Notes: generated by a model not told the origin, from the sequence alone. Shown: positions 9,242 through 18,484, counted from the first letter of the stretch. The stretch: 32,000 nt of DNA from Methanocaldococcus jannaschii DSM 2661 (GCF_000091665.1 NC_000909.1:60001-92000); one strand, 5' to 3'. Translations and numbers: made by a program.

Positions 9242-10330
9242 ATTCAGTAATTTCTTTATAGCATTCCATACTAAAAAACTTTGAGGCTTTAATGTCCCTT
9301 CTATTGGATTTAAAAACAATATATTTTTCTTAACTAAAAACTCTCTAATATTCTTAGGTATTTTTATATCTTCAATTTCATAATTTTCTTTAAATATCTT
9401 CAATGCATCAACTATTTTGTTATAAAGCTCTTCATCATCTTCTTTAACATCCTCTAAGAAGTATTTTAGCTTTTGGATTTCTTCTTTGAGCATGAACTCC
9501 AAGATATCCTTTAACTCCTTACCAAGCTTTAGCTTAATAATCACATCATAAACATCCTTTGGCTTCCCACCAACATAGCTATAAATTAGCTCCTTCTCAT
9601 CCTCAGAAAGTTTCCTGCCTAAAATATCCTCAGATAAAAAATCCATAAATTTTAAGGCAGTTTCCTTATCAAAGTCATCCACTAATATATAGTCAGCTCT
9701 CCCTCTGAGTTCAGCCCTATCATAAACATACTCAATAAATAAACTATCAGAGCTTAAACAAAAACAGTGCGTTATATGCAATTCCTTAGTCAATCTAACA
9801 AAAAAATTAAATAAATCATCTATCAACTCTCCATTAGATTTCAATCCTTTTAATCTCTGCAGTTCGTCAATAATAATTACAGGCTTTAGACCCTTTTTAT
9901 TCATCTCTCTAAAAACTCTCTCCAAGTATCTAAAAACATCAAAACCCTTCTGTTTGGATAGAATAACTTTTGCCAAGTCAGAAGGGAGAATAATGCTCTC
10001 ATTGAACAGTTTTGCTGTTTTTTCTATAAATTTGATGCCTTCAACTAAAACATCAGCATCTTTTACCATCTGTTTAAATTTGTTATCCTCCCTAATTTCA
10101 AACATTATATCAAAAAAATCACTATAAGATGATATTCTAACTCCTCTTAGATTATAGTAGAAGATTCTATATTTTTTGTCATCTTTTAATCTGTTGATTA
10201 TCTCCATCATTAGAGTAGTTTTCCCACTGTTTATAGGGCCGTAGATGAAGTAGATATTATCTGGAGTTTCATCCAAAATGCCCAAAATTTCATTAATCTC
10301 CCTCTCCCTATCAAAGAATTTCATTATCAA
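9233..10330 (-). CDS. archaeal P-loop ATPase (pfam ATPase_2-like), paralog 2
   Basis: [47 protein letters not shown]. Alignable along its length to the 8013-9089 protein. C-terminus [19 protein letters not shown]. Confidence 0.92.
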   Translation of the reverse strand: MIMKFFDREREINEILGILDETPDNIYFIYGPINSGKTTLMMEIINRLKDDKKYRIFYYNLRGVRISSYSDFFDIMFEIREDNKFKQMVKDADVLVEGIKFIEKTAKLFNESIILPSDLAKVILSKQKGFDVFRYLERVFREMNKKGLKPVIIIDELQRLKGLKSNGELIDDLFNFFVRLTKELHITHCFCLSSDSLFIEYVYDRAELRGRADYILVDDFDKETALKFMDFLSEDILGRKLSEDEKELIYSYVGGKPKDVYDVIIKLKLGKELKDILEFMLKEEIQKLKYFLEDVKEDDEELYNKIVDALKIFKENYEIEDIKIPKNIREFLVKKNILFLNPIEGTLKPQSFLVWNAIKKLLNGH

Positions 10331-10390
10331 TCCCTCTATGTTGATTATTTTATTCTAAATCTATATGAGATTGCAAATTTATAACTTTTG

Positions 10391-11539
10391 TTAAATCAAC
10401 ATATCAAACACCTTTTCTGCTGTTTTTGACGTTAGCTCATAAATTGTTACTGATACATCTGATATTTGCCTCAAACTAACTGTTGGTTTTGTGTTTATGC
10501 AGATAGAGTAAATCTTTATCTTCCTTCTCTGCTTCTCCTCCTTAATCTTCTCTAAGAACTCTAAAGAGACTTCACACTCTCCATCTGTTATAAAGACAAT
10601 ATCTCCATTAAACTTTAACGCCTCTCTTAAAGGTTTTTCAAAGTTTGTCCCTCCACCATAAAACACGGATGCAAATTCCAAAATCTCATCAAAAGATACC
10701 TTTTTTTCATAAATCTTTATATCTCTAACTCCATCATCAAATAAAATTGATATATATCTTTTATTTCTTTTTAAAGATATATCCATCAAACATAAGGCTA
10801 TTGCTTTAGCCCAAATCTCCTTATTTCCTCTCATAGAGCCACTTAAATCTAAGCAAACAACAAAATCCCCGCAGTTTTCATTATTCTCCAATATTTTATA
10901 ATTTAGAGGTTTATTTTCATTATATCTTCTCAATAAATCAACAAACAATATCTCTTCAGCAAAGTTTTTGTATTCTGATGATAATAAGTTTATTAAATTA
11001 TTTCCCAAGTTTATTGAATACTTCTCTCCAGAGAAGTGTTTAATCTTCGTTTTATACTTTTTTATAGCCATTCTTTTAAACTTTCCTAAAACTTTCATAA
11101 ATTCTTTAAGTTTGTTGTTTTTTAATAATTTTTCAGTCAATTCTAATTTTTTCTTTGGGTCTGTATAGCTTTTATATCCCTCACCAGAACCAAAAGAACT
11201 AAAAGATGATGTTATATTTTCCATATAACTCTCAAGCTCATCCAACAATTCACTTATATCCTCTTCTCTGCCCTTTTCTTTCAACTCCTTAAGCTTCTCA
11301 CAAAAGAATTCAGTGGCTATTAAAGAATAGTTTTCATCCAACGTAGTTATGGATTTTACATTCTTAAATCTTCTATCCCTCACAATCTTTTTGATTAAAT
11401 CAGTTTCAGTCAAAATTTCAACTTCATATTTAAAGAAGAGATAAAACACTATCTCCGTCTCTCTTTCACTTAAATGGAAGGTAATCTTATTCTTACATCC
11501 CTCCCAAACCATCTTATCATATTTGTCATATCTAATCAT
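10391..11539 (-). CDS. VWA-domain protein (ViaA/CoxE-like)
   Basis: Intact MIDAS-type motif DFVVCLDLSGSM..., GGGTNFEKPLREAL, DIVFITDGECEVS. Confidence 0.88.
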   Translation of the reverse strand: MIRYDKYDKMVWEGCKNKITFHLSERETEIVFYLFFKYEVEILTETDLIKKIVRDRRFKNVKSITTLDENYSLIATEFFCEKLKELKEKGREEDISELLDELESYMENITSSFSSFGSGEGYKSYTDPKKKLELTEKLLKNNKLKEFMKVLGKFKRMAIKKYKTKIKHFSGEKYSINLGNNLINLLSSEYKNFAEEILFVDLLRRYNENKPLNYKILENNENCGDFVVCLDLSGSMRGNKEIWAKAIALCLMDISLKRNKRYISILFDDGVRDIKIYEKKVSFDEILEFASVFYGGGTNFEKPLREALKFNGDIVFITDGECEVSLEFLEKIKEEKQRRKIKIYSICINTKPTVSLRQISDVSVTIYELTSKTAEKVFDMLI

Positions 11540-11619
11540 TCTTTCACCATAATACTAAATCTAAAATAAATCATAAAATATATATACTATCTTGTATAAA
11601 AGTATTACACGGTGAGAGT

Positions 11620-11961
11620 ATGGAGGTTAATCTCTTAAGTATATCTATAAAGCCCCCAATAAAAATACCTAAGAATAAAACGGTAGAGTTAGATGTTGAT
11701 TGGAACATTGAGTATAAAAAATTAGACGCAAAAAAATTCAACTTTGTTTGTAATATCAAAGCTTATGGAGACTTTTCCTTTGAAGCAAATATTGAAGGAG
11801 AGATAAGCACTGAAAATGATTATGATAACATCCCAGACTTTATATCTGTAAGTATAGTAGAGAATTTGATGAAATCTCTTCCTAAGTTAGTTAGCTATGC
11901 TCAACAATTCAGAATTGAGGAAAATGTATTTGTTAATCAGCCTTTATCTCTTGCATCATAA
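11620..11961 (+). CDS. small protein, tentatively SecB-like chaperone fold
   Basis: ATG at 11620 preceded by GGTGAG. Predicted beta-rich VELDVDWNIEYKK..FNFVCNIKAYGDFSFEANIEGEIST followed by an amphipathic helix. The SecB assignment is weak and pattern-based. Confidence 0.45.
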   Translation: MEVNLLSISIKPPIKIPKNKTVELDVDWNIEYKKLDAKKFNFVCNIKAYGDFSFEANIEGEISTENDYDNIPDFISVSIVENLMKSLPKLVSYAQQFRIEENVFVNQPLSLAS

Positions 11962-12004
11962 TTATAGTTTTTTGCAAACATCTTGAAATACATAAGGTTA
12001 TAAT

Positions 12005-12029
12005 GAACGCCTTCTTATTGAAGGCGTTC
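12005..12029. terminator. 10-bp perfect hairpin GAACGCCTTC-TTATT-GAAGGCGTTC between convergent genes
   Basis: Perfect 10-bp arms. A near copy with one arm substitution is at 31934-31958 in the same downstream context. Confidence 0.6.
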
Positions 12030-12050
12030 AATTTTCCTTTATAATTTTAA

Positions 12051-12674
12051 TTACTTTTGCAAAAAACTATATAAACCATTATTTCCAAACTCTTTTAAAA
12101 TTAATGGGATAAATTCATAAACTAACTCCTTATCATATTTATAAAGCTCTTTTATCACATAGAGAGAATATTCGTTAAAATTTTCAAAAAGTTTTAATAA
12201 AATTGCCTCCTTATTATCTGATTTCATGATTAACTTAACCAGCACTTTGGCATAAACTTCATTATCCAATTTCTTTATAAGTTTTGGATATGCATAGATT
12301 GTTAGTTTTGAAGGGATGTTTGCCAAAGCCTCAGCACTTGCAAATCTAATGCATTCAAACTCACTATCTAAGAGTTTTATTAAATAAGGAATATAAATAT
12401 AAACCAAATTTGGATATTTAATGCCAACTTTTTCTATAATTTTTATGCAATAATATATAATAGCCTTATTCTTTGAGTCAGAAGTGTAGTGTGTAGATAT
12501 TATATCCTCAAACCCCCTCTCCTTCGTTGATGTCAATAACTCAAAAACATCATCTAAAATGTTTAACTTTGTTATCTCATCAACTTCCATTTGATATAGT
12601 TCCTTCAAAACCTTTAATTTTTCTCTATTTCCATAATTTAGTTTTAATTTCTTTCTATATTCTTCACAGTTCAT
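12051..12674 (-). CDS. HEAT-repeat-like alpha-helical protein
   Basis: Tandem helical units such as YIPYLIKLLDSEFECIRFASAEALANIPSKLTIYAYPKLIKKLDNEVYAKVLVKL. Overlaps the MoxR ORF by 11 nt. Confidence 0.7.
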   Translation of the reverse strand: MNCEEYRKKLKLNYGNREKLKVLKELYQMEVDEITKLNILDDVFELLTSTKERGFEDIISTHYTSDSKNKAIIYYCIKIIEKVGIKYPNLVYIYIPYLIKLLDSEFECIRFASAEALANIPSKLTIYAYPKLIKKLDNEVYAKVLVKLIMKSDNKEAILLKLFENFNEYSLYVIKELYKYDKELVYEFIPLILKEFGNNGLYSFLQK

Positions 12675-13806
12675 TTAAAATCCCTTCAATATAATTATTA
12701 AATTCATCCGTCTCTTTAATTACCTCATCAATAAAGTCAGTTTTTCTTTTGTTTATTATAGCTTCATTCCTTATTTTTTTCAATTCTAATCTTATATATG
12801 CCATCTTACAGAGAATTTCAATTAACTTGTTATAATCTTTTTTACACTCTCCAATTTTCTTAATATCTATGTACTTAAGTTCATTTTTGAGATTTTTAAT
12901 AATTTCTGCCTTATCCAGCACTTGCTCAGCATATTTGTTTGTTATATCAAATATTACCTTTGAAACAATTAAGATATCATCTATATCATCCCAAAATATA
13001 TGTCTCAATATCTCTAAATCTTCAATTTCTGCCTCTCTTCTACCATTTAGATAGGCGAAGCACTTAATAGCTTTAACTGACTTTTTAAATCTCCTATCTG
13101 AAATATAGATGTGGTTTTGGGATAATTTCTTCTTTATATCTACCAAATATCCAATGATATTCTCTATATCAACTTCATTAGCTTTTTCTTGCATCTTTCT
13201 AAGTTCTTTTATTGATATGGTAGTTTTTGGTTTATACTCTTCATCTAATTTAATGAGCTTTACTAAATTCTCACAGCTTCTTATCCCTCTAACCACTTTC
13301 CTAAATAAAAATCTATCATAGAATGCCAACAACTCATTCTCCTCTGGCAATTCATTTGATGCACCAAACAAACTAATTAAAGGCACTTTCTCAATCTTAT
13401 CTCCATTGTGGTAAATTCTTTCATTGATTATTGATAATAAAGCGTTTAATATTGAACTGTTAGCCTTAAAAACTTCATCTAAGAATGCTATTTCTGCAGT
13501 TGGTAGATAACCAGATGTTTTTCTAACGAATCTGTCATTATCCTTTAACTCTTTAATGCTTAAAGGGCCGAATAACTCATCTTCGGTTGTGAATCTTGTT
13601 ATAAGTTTTTCAAAGTAGTTGGCGTTTATATGGGAAGCTATAGCCCTAATTAATTGTGATTTTGCAACTCCAGGATTTCCTAAGAATACAGTATGCTCAT
13701 TTGCTAAGATAGAAGTTAAGGCTATATCAATCTCCTCCCTTCTTTCTAAGAAATATGAGTTTAACTCCTCCCTAATCTTTTCAAGTTTGTGCATGATTTC
13801 ACTCAA
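12664..13806 (-). CDS. MoxR/RavA-family AAA+ ATPase
   Basis: VFLGNPGVAKSQLIRAIA (Walker A), AEIAFLDEVFKANSSILNALLSIINER (Walker B), SLFGASNELPEENELLAFYDRFLFRKVV. Confidence 0.94.
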   Translation of the reverse strand: MSEIMHKLEKIREELNSYFLERREEIDIALTSILANEHTVFLGNPGVAKSQLIRAIASHINANYFEKLITRFTTEDELFGPLSIKELKDNDRFVRKTSGYLPTAEIAFLDEVFKANSSILNALLSIINERIYHNGDKIEKVPLISLFGASNELPEENELLAFYDRFLFRKVVRGIRSCENLVKLIKLDEEYKPKTTISIKELRKMQEKANEVDIENIIGYLVDIKKKLSQNHIYISDRRFKKSVKAIKCFAYLNGRREAEIEDLEILRHIFWDDIDDILIVSKVIFDITNKYAEQVLDKAEIIKNLKNELKYIDIKKIGECKKDYNKLIEILCKMAYIRLELKKIRNEAIINKRKTDFIDEVIKETDEFNNYIEGILNEL

Positions 13807-14182
13807 TGCTGATTGTGGTTAGTTGAGCAAGTTCAACGCTACTAATACCTTTCAATTTATTTGTAAATTCTATTATCCTATCCCTCTGCCCTTTAATCGC
13901 AATCATCCTAATAATTTTTCCTTCAAATGGAATTTCGAGGGATATAATTACAATATCCTTATATTGGCTTTCCAATTTAACGATGTCTTCAACTGCCTTT
14001 GAGTTATATATAACGGTTATCTCACCAATCTTTGATTCAATTCTACTCAACCAGTCGTATTTTTTTACGTAGTATTCCAAAGCTCTTCTTATAAATTCTG
14101 AACGGGATATTCTTTCCTTATTAATAATTTCATCAACTTCCTTTAATAGATTTTTCTCGATGGTTAATGAAATCCGCTCCAT
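13799..14182 (-). CDS. NikR-like ribbon-helix-helix transcriptional regulator
   Basis: N-terminal RHH ERISLTIEKNLLKEVDEIINKERISRSEFIRRALEYYV, then an ACT/NikR C-terminal-like GEITVIYN...ISLEIPFEGKIIRMIAIKGQRDRIIEFTNKLKGISSVELAQLTTIS. Confidence 0.85.
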   Translation of the reverse strand: MERISLTIEKNLLKEVDEIINKERISRSEFIRRALEYYVKKYDWLSRIESKIGEITVIYNSKAVEDIVKLESQYKDIVIISLEIPFEGKIIRMIAIKGQRDRIIEFTNKLKGISSVELAQLTTISIE

Positions 14183-14200
14183 GATATCACATGTAATATT
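14183..14200. promoter_or_regulatory. imperfect palindrome GATATCACATGTAATATT abutting the RHH start codon (candidate operator)
   Basis: 7/9 symmetric positions around 14191/14192, directly upstream of the minus-strand ATG at 14182. Confidence 0.4.
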
Positions 14201-14325
14201 TATTTTCTGGATAGTATTAATAACGATGTTTTATAAAAATATTGCTATTAAAGATTAATTTAAATATACAAATATTATGTTATGAATATTTTAATCTAAG
14301 ATAAAATTTTATATTAAAAATTAAA

Positions 14326-14341
14326 CCGAAAATATTATATA
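14326..14341 (+). promoter_or_regulatory. BRE/TATA box of putative ncRNA (CCGAAAATATTATATA)
   Basis: Matches the BRE+TATA shape (CCGAAA..TTATATA) used for stable RNA genes in Methanococcales. Located about 20-25 nt before the structured region. Confidence 0.6.
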
Positions 14342-14357
14342 TGATGAATTTTGTTAT

Positions 14358-14512
14358 ATGGAGTATGCCATAGGAATCACTCCCACAATGGAACTTACGC
14401 AGAGGCTATACTCTATTTGCTATTGATGATACTTTTAGGCTTTCTTTATGATTCAAAAAAATGCGTAAGTTCTATTGAATAGGGCTCACCTCTGTGAGGA
14501 ATTCAAAATTTT
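14358..14512 (+). ncRNA. candidate structured non-coding RNA, class unknown
   Basis: GC-enriched island in an AT-rich intergenic region. 16-bp stem CAATGGAACTTACGCA (14386-14401) with TGCGTAAGTTCTATTG (14462-14477, one G.U), a GGAGT...ACTCC 5' hairpin, a CTCAC-CTCT-GTGAG 3' hairpin, then a T-rich tract. Confidence 0.68.
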
Positions 14513-14592
14513 TTTAAAGATTTTAAAGATTTTTTTAATTTTATCATTTTAATATTATTATTTTAACATTTTTTAGTAATTTTTAGGATAAA

Positions 14593-14630
14593 ATAGAAAA
14601 TTTTATATACCTATTACTATCATTTTCTAT
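14593..14630 (+). promoter_or_regulatory. mrt operon promoter: TATA box (14601-14610) enclosed by 9-bp inverted repeat ATAGAAAAT ... ATTTTCTAT
   Basis: Arms 14593-14601 and 14622-14630 are perfect reverse complements. TTTTATATAC lies about 60-70 nt upstream of the probable mrtB ATG. Confidence 0.55.
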
Positions 14631-14657
14631 AGCTGTAGTAATATATTAACAAAAAGG

Positions 14658-16013
14658 TTGGTGTTGGTAATGTTACATTATGAAGATAGAATAGATTTGT
14701 ATGATGAAAGAGGAAAGTTGTTGGAGGAAAATGTTCCATTAGAAGCGATAAGTCCTCTAAAGAACCCAACAATTGAGAAAATAGTCAATGACATTAAGAG
14801 GAGCGTTGCTATAAACTTGGCAGGAATAGAAAACGCTTTAAAGACTGGAGCTGTTGGAGGAAAGGCATGTTTCTGTCCAGGGAGAGAGTTAGATTTACCA
14901 ATTGTAGAAAACGCTGAAATTATTGCTGAAAAGATTAAAAGAATGGTTCAAATTGAAGAAGATGATGACACAGTTGTTAAGTTAATCAACGGAGGTAAGC
15001 AATTACTATTACAATTGCCATCAAAGAGGTTGAGAGTAGCTGCTGATTACACAGTATCAGCGCTGATTGGAGGAGGAGCAACTGTTCAGGCAATTGTTGA
15101 TGCCTTTGATGTAGATATGTTTGACGCTCCTGTAGTAAAAACAGCAGTTATGGGGAGATACCCACAGACAGTAGATTTCCATGGTGCTAATATCGCTACA
15201 TTATTAGGACCTCCAGTTTTATTGGAAGGATTAGGTTATGGTTTGAGAAATATTATGGCAAACCATATTGTAGCAGTTACAAGGAAAAAAACATTGAATG
15301 CTGTTGCTTTGGCATCAATATTGGAGCAGACCGCAATGTTTGAAACGGGAGATGCTTTAGGGGCATTTGAAAGATTGCACTTATTAGGTTTAGCATTTCA
15401 GGGATTAAATGCCAACAACTTAACTTATGAGCTTGTTAAGGAAAACGGAAAGGATGGAACAGTTGGAACTGTAGTTGCTTCAGTTGTTGAAAGGGCTTTG
15501 GAGGATGGGGTCATAAGACCATTAAAAACAATGCCTTCTGGTTTCACCGTTTATGAACCAGTTGATTGGGCTTTATGGAATGCCTATGCTGCGTCAGGTT
15601 TAGTTGCTGCAGTTATTGTTAATGTTGGGGCAGCAAGGGCAGCTCAAGGAGTAGCTTCAACTGTCCTCTACTACAACGATATCTTAGAATACGAAACTGG
15701 TTTGCCAAGCGTTGATTTTGGTAGGGCAGAGGGGACAGCAGTTGGTTTCTCATTCTTCTCTCACTCAATATATGGAGGAGGAGGGCCTGGAACATTCCAT
15801 GGAAACCACGTCGTTACAAGACACTCAAAAGGATTTGCTATCCCATGTGCTGCAGCTGCAATGTGTTTAGACGCAGGAACTCAAATGTTCTCAGTTGAAA
15901 GAACATCAGCATTAGTAGGAACTGTTTATAGTGCTATTGACCACTTAAGAGAACCACTAAAGTATGTTGCTGAAGGTGCTGTAGAGGTTAAAGAGAAAGA
16001 AAAAGTAATTTAA
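14658..16013 (+). CDS. mrtB: methyl-coenzyme M reductase II subunit beta (likely true start ATG at 14670)
   Basis: McrB signature [51 protein letters not shown] and [25 protein letters not shown]. Operon order beta-gamma-alpha without mcrD/mcrC identifies it as the MCR II type. Confidence 0.96.
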   Translation: MVLVMLHYEDRIDLYDERGKLLEENVPLEAISPLKNPTIEKIVNDIKRSVAINLAGIENALKTGAVGGKACFCPGRELDLPIVENAEIIAEKIKRMVQIEEDDDTVVKLINGGKQLLLQLPSKRLRVAADYTVSALIGGGATVQAIVDAFDVDMFDAPVVKTAVMGRYPQTVDFHGANIATLLGPPVLLEGLGYGLRNIMANHIVAVTRKKTLNAVALASILEQTAMFETGDALGAFERLHLLGLAFQGLNANNLTYELVKENGKDGTVGTVVASVVERALEDGVIRPLKTMPSGFTVYEPVDWALWNAYAASGLVAAVIVNVGAARAAQGVASTVLYYNDILEYETGLPSVDFGRAEGTAVGFSFFSHSIYGGGGPGTFHGNHVVTRHSKGFAIPCAAAAMCLDAGTQMFSVERTSALVGTVYSAIDHLREPLKYVAEGAVEVKEKEKVI

Positions 16014-16025
16014 AATGGTGATTGG

Positions 16026-16826
16026 ATGGCATACAAACCACAATTTTATCCTGGAAATACTTTAATTGCTGAGAATAGAAGAAAGCACATGAATCCAGAG
16101 GTTGAGTTAAAAAAGCTGAGAGACATTCCAGATGATGAGATAGTCAAAATATTGGGGCATAGAAACCCTGGAGAAAGTTATAAGACGGTTCATCCACCAT
16201 TGGAAGAGATGGATTTTGAAGAAGACCCAATTAAAGATATTGTTGAGCCGATTCAGGGGGCTAAAGAAGGAGTTAGAGTTAGATACATCCAGTTCGCTGA
16301 TTCGATGTATAACGCTCCAGCTCAGCCTTACGATAGGGCAAGAACATACATGTGGAGATTTAGAGGGATTGATACAGGAACACTATCAGGAAGGCAAGTT
16401 ATTGAGATGAGAGAGCTTGACTTAGAAAAAATCTCCAAGAATTTCTTAATTGACACAGAGTTCTTCGACCCGGCAACTTGTGGAATTAGAGGAGCTACTG
16501 TCCACGGGCACTCATTAAGATTGGATGAAAACGGTTTGATGTTCGATGGTTTGCAGAGATACATCTATGATGAAAAGACAGGACACGTTTTGTATGTTAA
16601 AGACCAGGTTGGAAGACCATTGGATGAGCCAGTAGATGTTGGAGAGCCATTACCACACGATTATTTGGCAAAAATAACAACAATTTACAGAAAGGATAAC
16701 ATCGGAATGAGAGAAGATAAAGAAGCTTTAGAAGTTGTTCAAATAATCCATGAGGCAAGAACAAAAGGAGGATTTGGTTTAGAAGTATTTAAAAAAGATT
16801 TGAAAAAGAGATTAGGTGAAGAATAA
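16026..16826 (+). CDS. mrtG: methyl-coenzyme M reductase II subunit gamma
   Basis: [24 protein letters not shown]...[23 protein letters not shown]...[21 protein letters not shown] is McrG/MrtG. Confidence 0.97.
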   Translation: MAYKPQFYPGNTLIAENRRKHMNPEVELKKLRDIPDDEIVKILGHRNPGESYKTVHPPLEEMDFEEDPIKDIVEPIQGAKEGVRVRYIQFADSMYNAPAQPYDRARTYMWRFRGIDTGTLSGRQVIEMRELDLEKISKNFLIDTEFFDPATCGIRGATVHGHSLRLDENGLMFDGLQRYIYDEKTGHVLYVKDQVGRPLDEPVDVGEPLPHDYLAKITTIYRKDNIGMREDKEALEVVQIIHEARTKGGFGLEVFKKDLKKRLGEE

Positions 16827-18484
16827 TGGATGTTGAGAAAAAACTCTTCCTAAAGGCTTTAAAAGAAAAGTTTGAAGAAGACCCAAAAGAAAAATACACC
16901 AAATTTTATATATTTGGAGGATGGAGACAGTCAGCAAGAAAAAGAGAGTTTGTTGAATTTGCTCAAAAATTAATTGAAAAGAGAGGAGGAATTCCATTCT
17001 ACAACCCAGACATTGGGGTTCCATTAGGGCAGAGAAAGTTAATGACCTACAAAATATCAGGAACTGATGCATTTGTTGAAGGGGATGATTTACACTTCTG
17101 TAATAACGCAGCAATACAGCAATTGGTTGATGATATTAAGAGAACTGTTATTGTAGGGATGGATACAGCTCACGCTGTCTTAGAGAAGAGATTAGGGGTA
17201 GAGGTTACACCAGAAACAATTAACGAATACATGGAAACAATTAACCACGCTTTACCAGGTGGAGCTGTTGTCCAAGAGCACATGGTTGAAGTCCATCCAG
17301 GTTTAGTTTGGGACTGTTACGCTAAGATATTCACAGGAAATGATGAATTAGCTGATGAAATTGACAAGAGATTTTTAATAGACATAAATAAAGAATTCCC
17401 AGAAGAACAAGCAGAGCAAATTAAGAAATATATTGGAAATAGGACTTACCAAGTAAGTAGGGTTCCTACAATAGTTGTTAGATGCTGTGATGGAGGGACT
17501 GTTTCAAGATGGAGTGCTATGCAAATAGGGATGAGTTTCATTACTGCCTATAAGTTATGTGCTGGAGAAGCTGCTATCGCTGACTTCTCATACGCTGCAA
17601 AGCACGCTGATGTCATTCAAATGGGTATGATACTGCCAGCAAGAAGAGCAAGAGGGCCTAATGAACCAGGAGGGGTGCCATTTGGAATATTCGCTGACAT
17701 AATACAGACTTCAAGAGTTTCAGATGACCCGGCACAGGTAACATTGGAGGTTATTGGTGCAGCAGCTACCTTTTATGACCAAGTTTGGTTAGGAAGCTAT
17801 ATGTCTGGAGGAGTAGGATTTACACAGTATGCGTCAGCAACATACACAGATGACATCTTAGATGATTTTGTTTATTATGGAATGGACTATGTTGAGAAGA
17901 AGTATGGATTATGTGGAGTTAAGCCAAGCATGGAGGTTGTTAAAGATATAGCAACTGAAGTTACATTATATGGATTAGAGCAGTATGATGAGTATCCAGC
18001 TTTATTAGAAGACCACTTTGGTGGGTCACAAAGAGCGGGGGTTACAGCGGCAGCAGCAGGATGTTCAGTAGCATTTGCAACAGGAAACTCAAATGCTGGA
18101 ATTAATGGATGGTATCTAAGCCAGATATTACATAAGGAGTATCACAGCAGATTAGGATTCTATGGTTATGACTTACAAGACCAGTGTGGAGCAGCTAACT
18201 CACTATCAATCAGAAGTGATGAAGGTTTATTGCATGAATGTAGAGGACCAAATTATCCAAACTACGCAATGAACGTTGGACATCAGCCAGAGTATGCTGG
18301 AATTGCCCAAGCTCCCCATGCGGCAAGGGGAGATGCATTTTGCTTAAACCCAATAATTAAGGTAGCGTTTGCTGACGACAACTTGATATTTGACTTCAAG
18401 TGGCCAAGAAAATGTATAGCTAAAGGGGCTCTAAGAGAGTTTGAGCCAGCTGGAGAGAGAGATTTAATCATTCCAGCAGCATAA
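16826..18484 (+). CDS. mrtA: methyl-coenzyme M reductase II subunit alpha
   Basis: [107 protein letters not shown]. Confidence 0.98.
   Translation: MDVEKKLFLKALKEKFEEDPKEKYTKFYIFGGWRQSARKREFVEFAQKLIEKRGGIPFYNPDIGVPLGQRKLMTYKISGTDAFVEGDDLHFCNNAAIQQLVDDIKRTVIVGMDTAHAVLEKRLGVEVTPETINEYMETINHALPGGAVVQEHMVEVHPGLVWDCYAKIFTGNDELADEIDKRFLIDINKEFPEEQAEQIKKYIGNRTYQVSRVPTIVVRCCDGGTVSRWSAMQIGMSFITAYKLCAGEAAIADFSYAAKHADVIQMGMILPARRARGPNEPGGVPFGIFADIIQTSRVSDDPAQVTLEVIGAAATFYDQVWLGSYMSGGVGFTQYASATYTDDILDDFVYYGMDYVEKKYGLCGVKPSMEVVKDIATEVTLYGLEQYDEYPALLEDHFGGSQRAGVTAAAAGCSVAFATGNSNAGINGWYLSQILHKEYHSRLGFYGYDLQDQCGAANSLSIRSDEGLLHECRGPNYPNYAMNVGHQPEYAGIAQAPHAARGDAFCLNPIIKVAFADDNLIFDFKWPRKCIAKGALREFEPAGERDLIIPAA

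Noticed and set aside
14230-14350. Possible CRISPR leader or repeats in the AT-rich intergenic region
   Set aside because: I looked for regularly spaced 25-35 nt direct repeats here and elsewhere in the window and found none. The repeats present are dispersed hairpins without spacers.
16216-16564. ORFs overlapping mrtG on both strands
   Set aside because: Shadow frames of a confident mrtG gene with no protein-like motifs.
16812-17114. Minus-strand 100-aa ORF opposite the start of mrtA
   Set aside because: Antisense shadow of mrtA with no plausible motif or RBS context.
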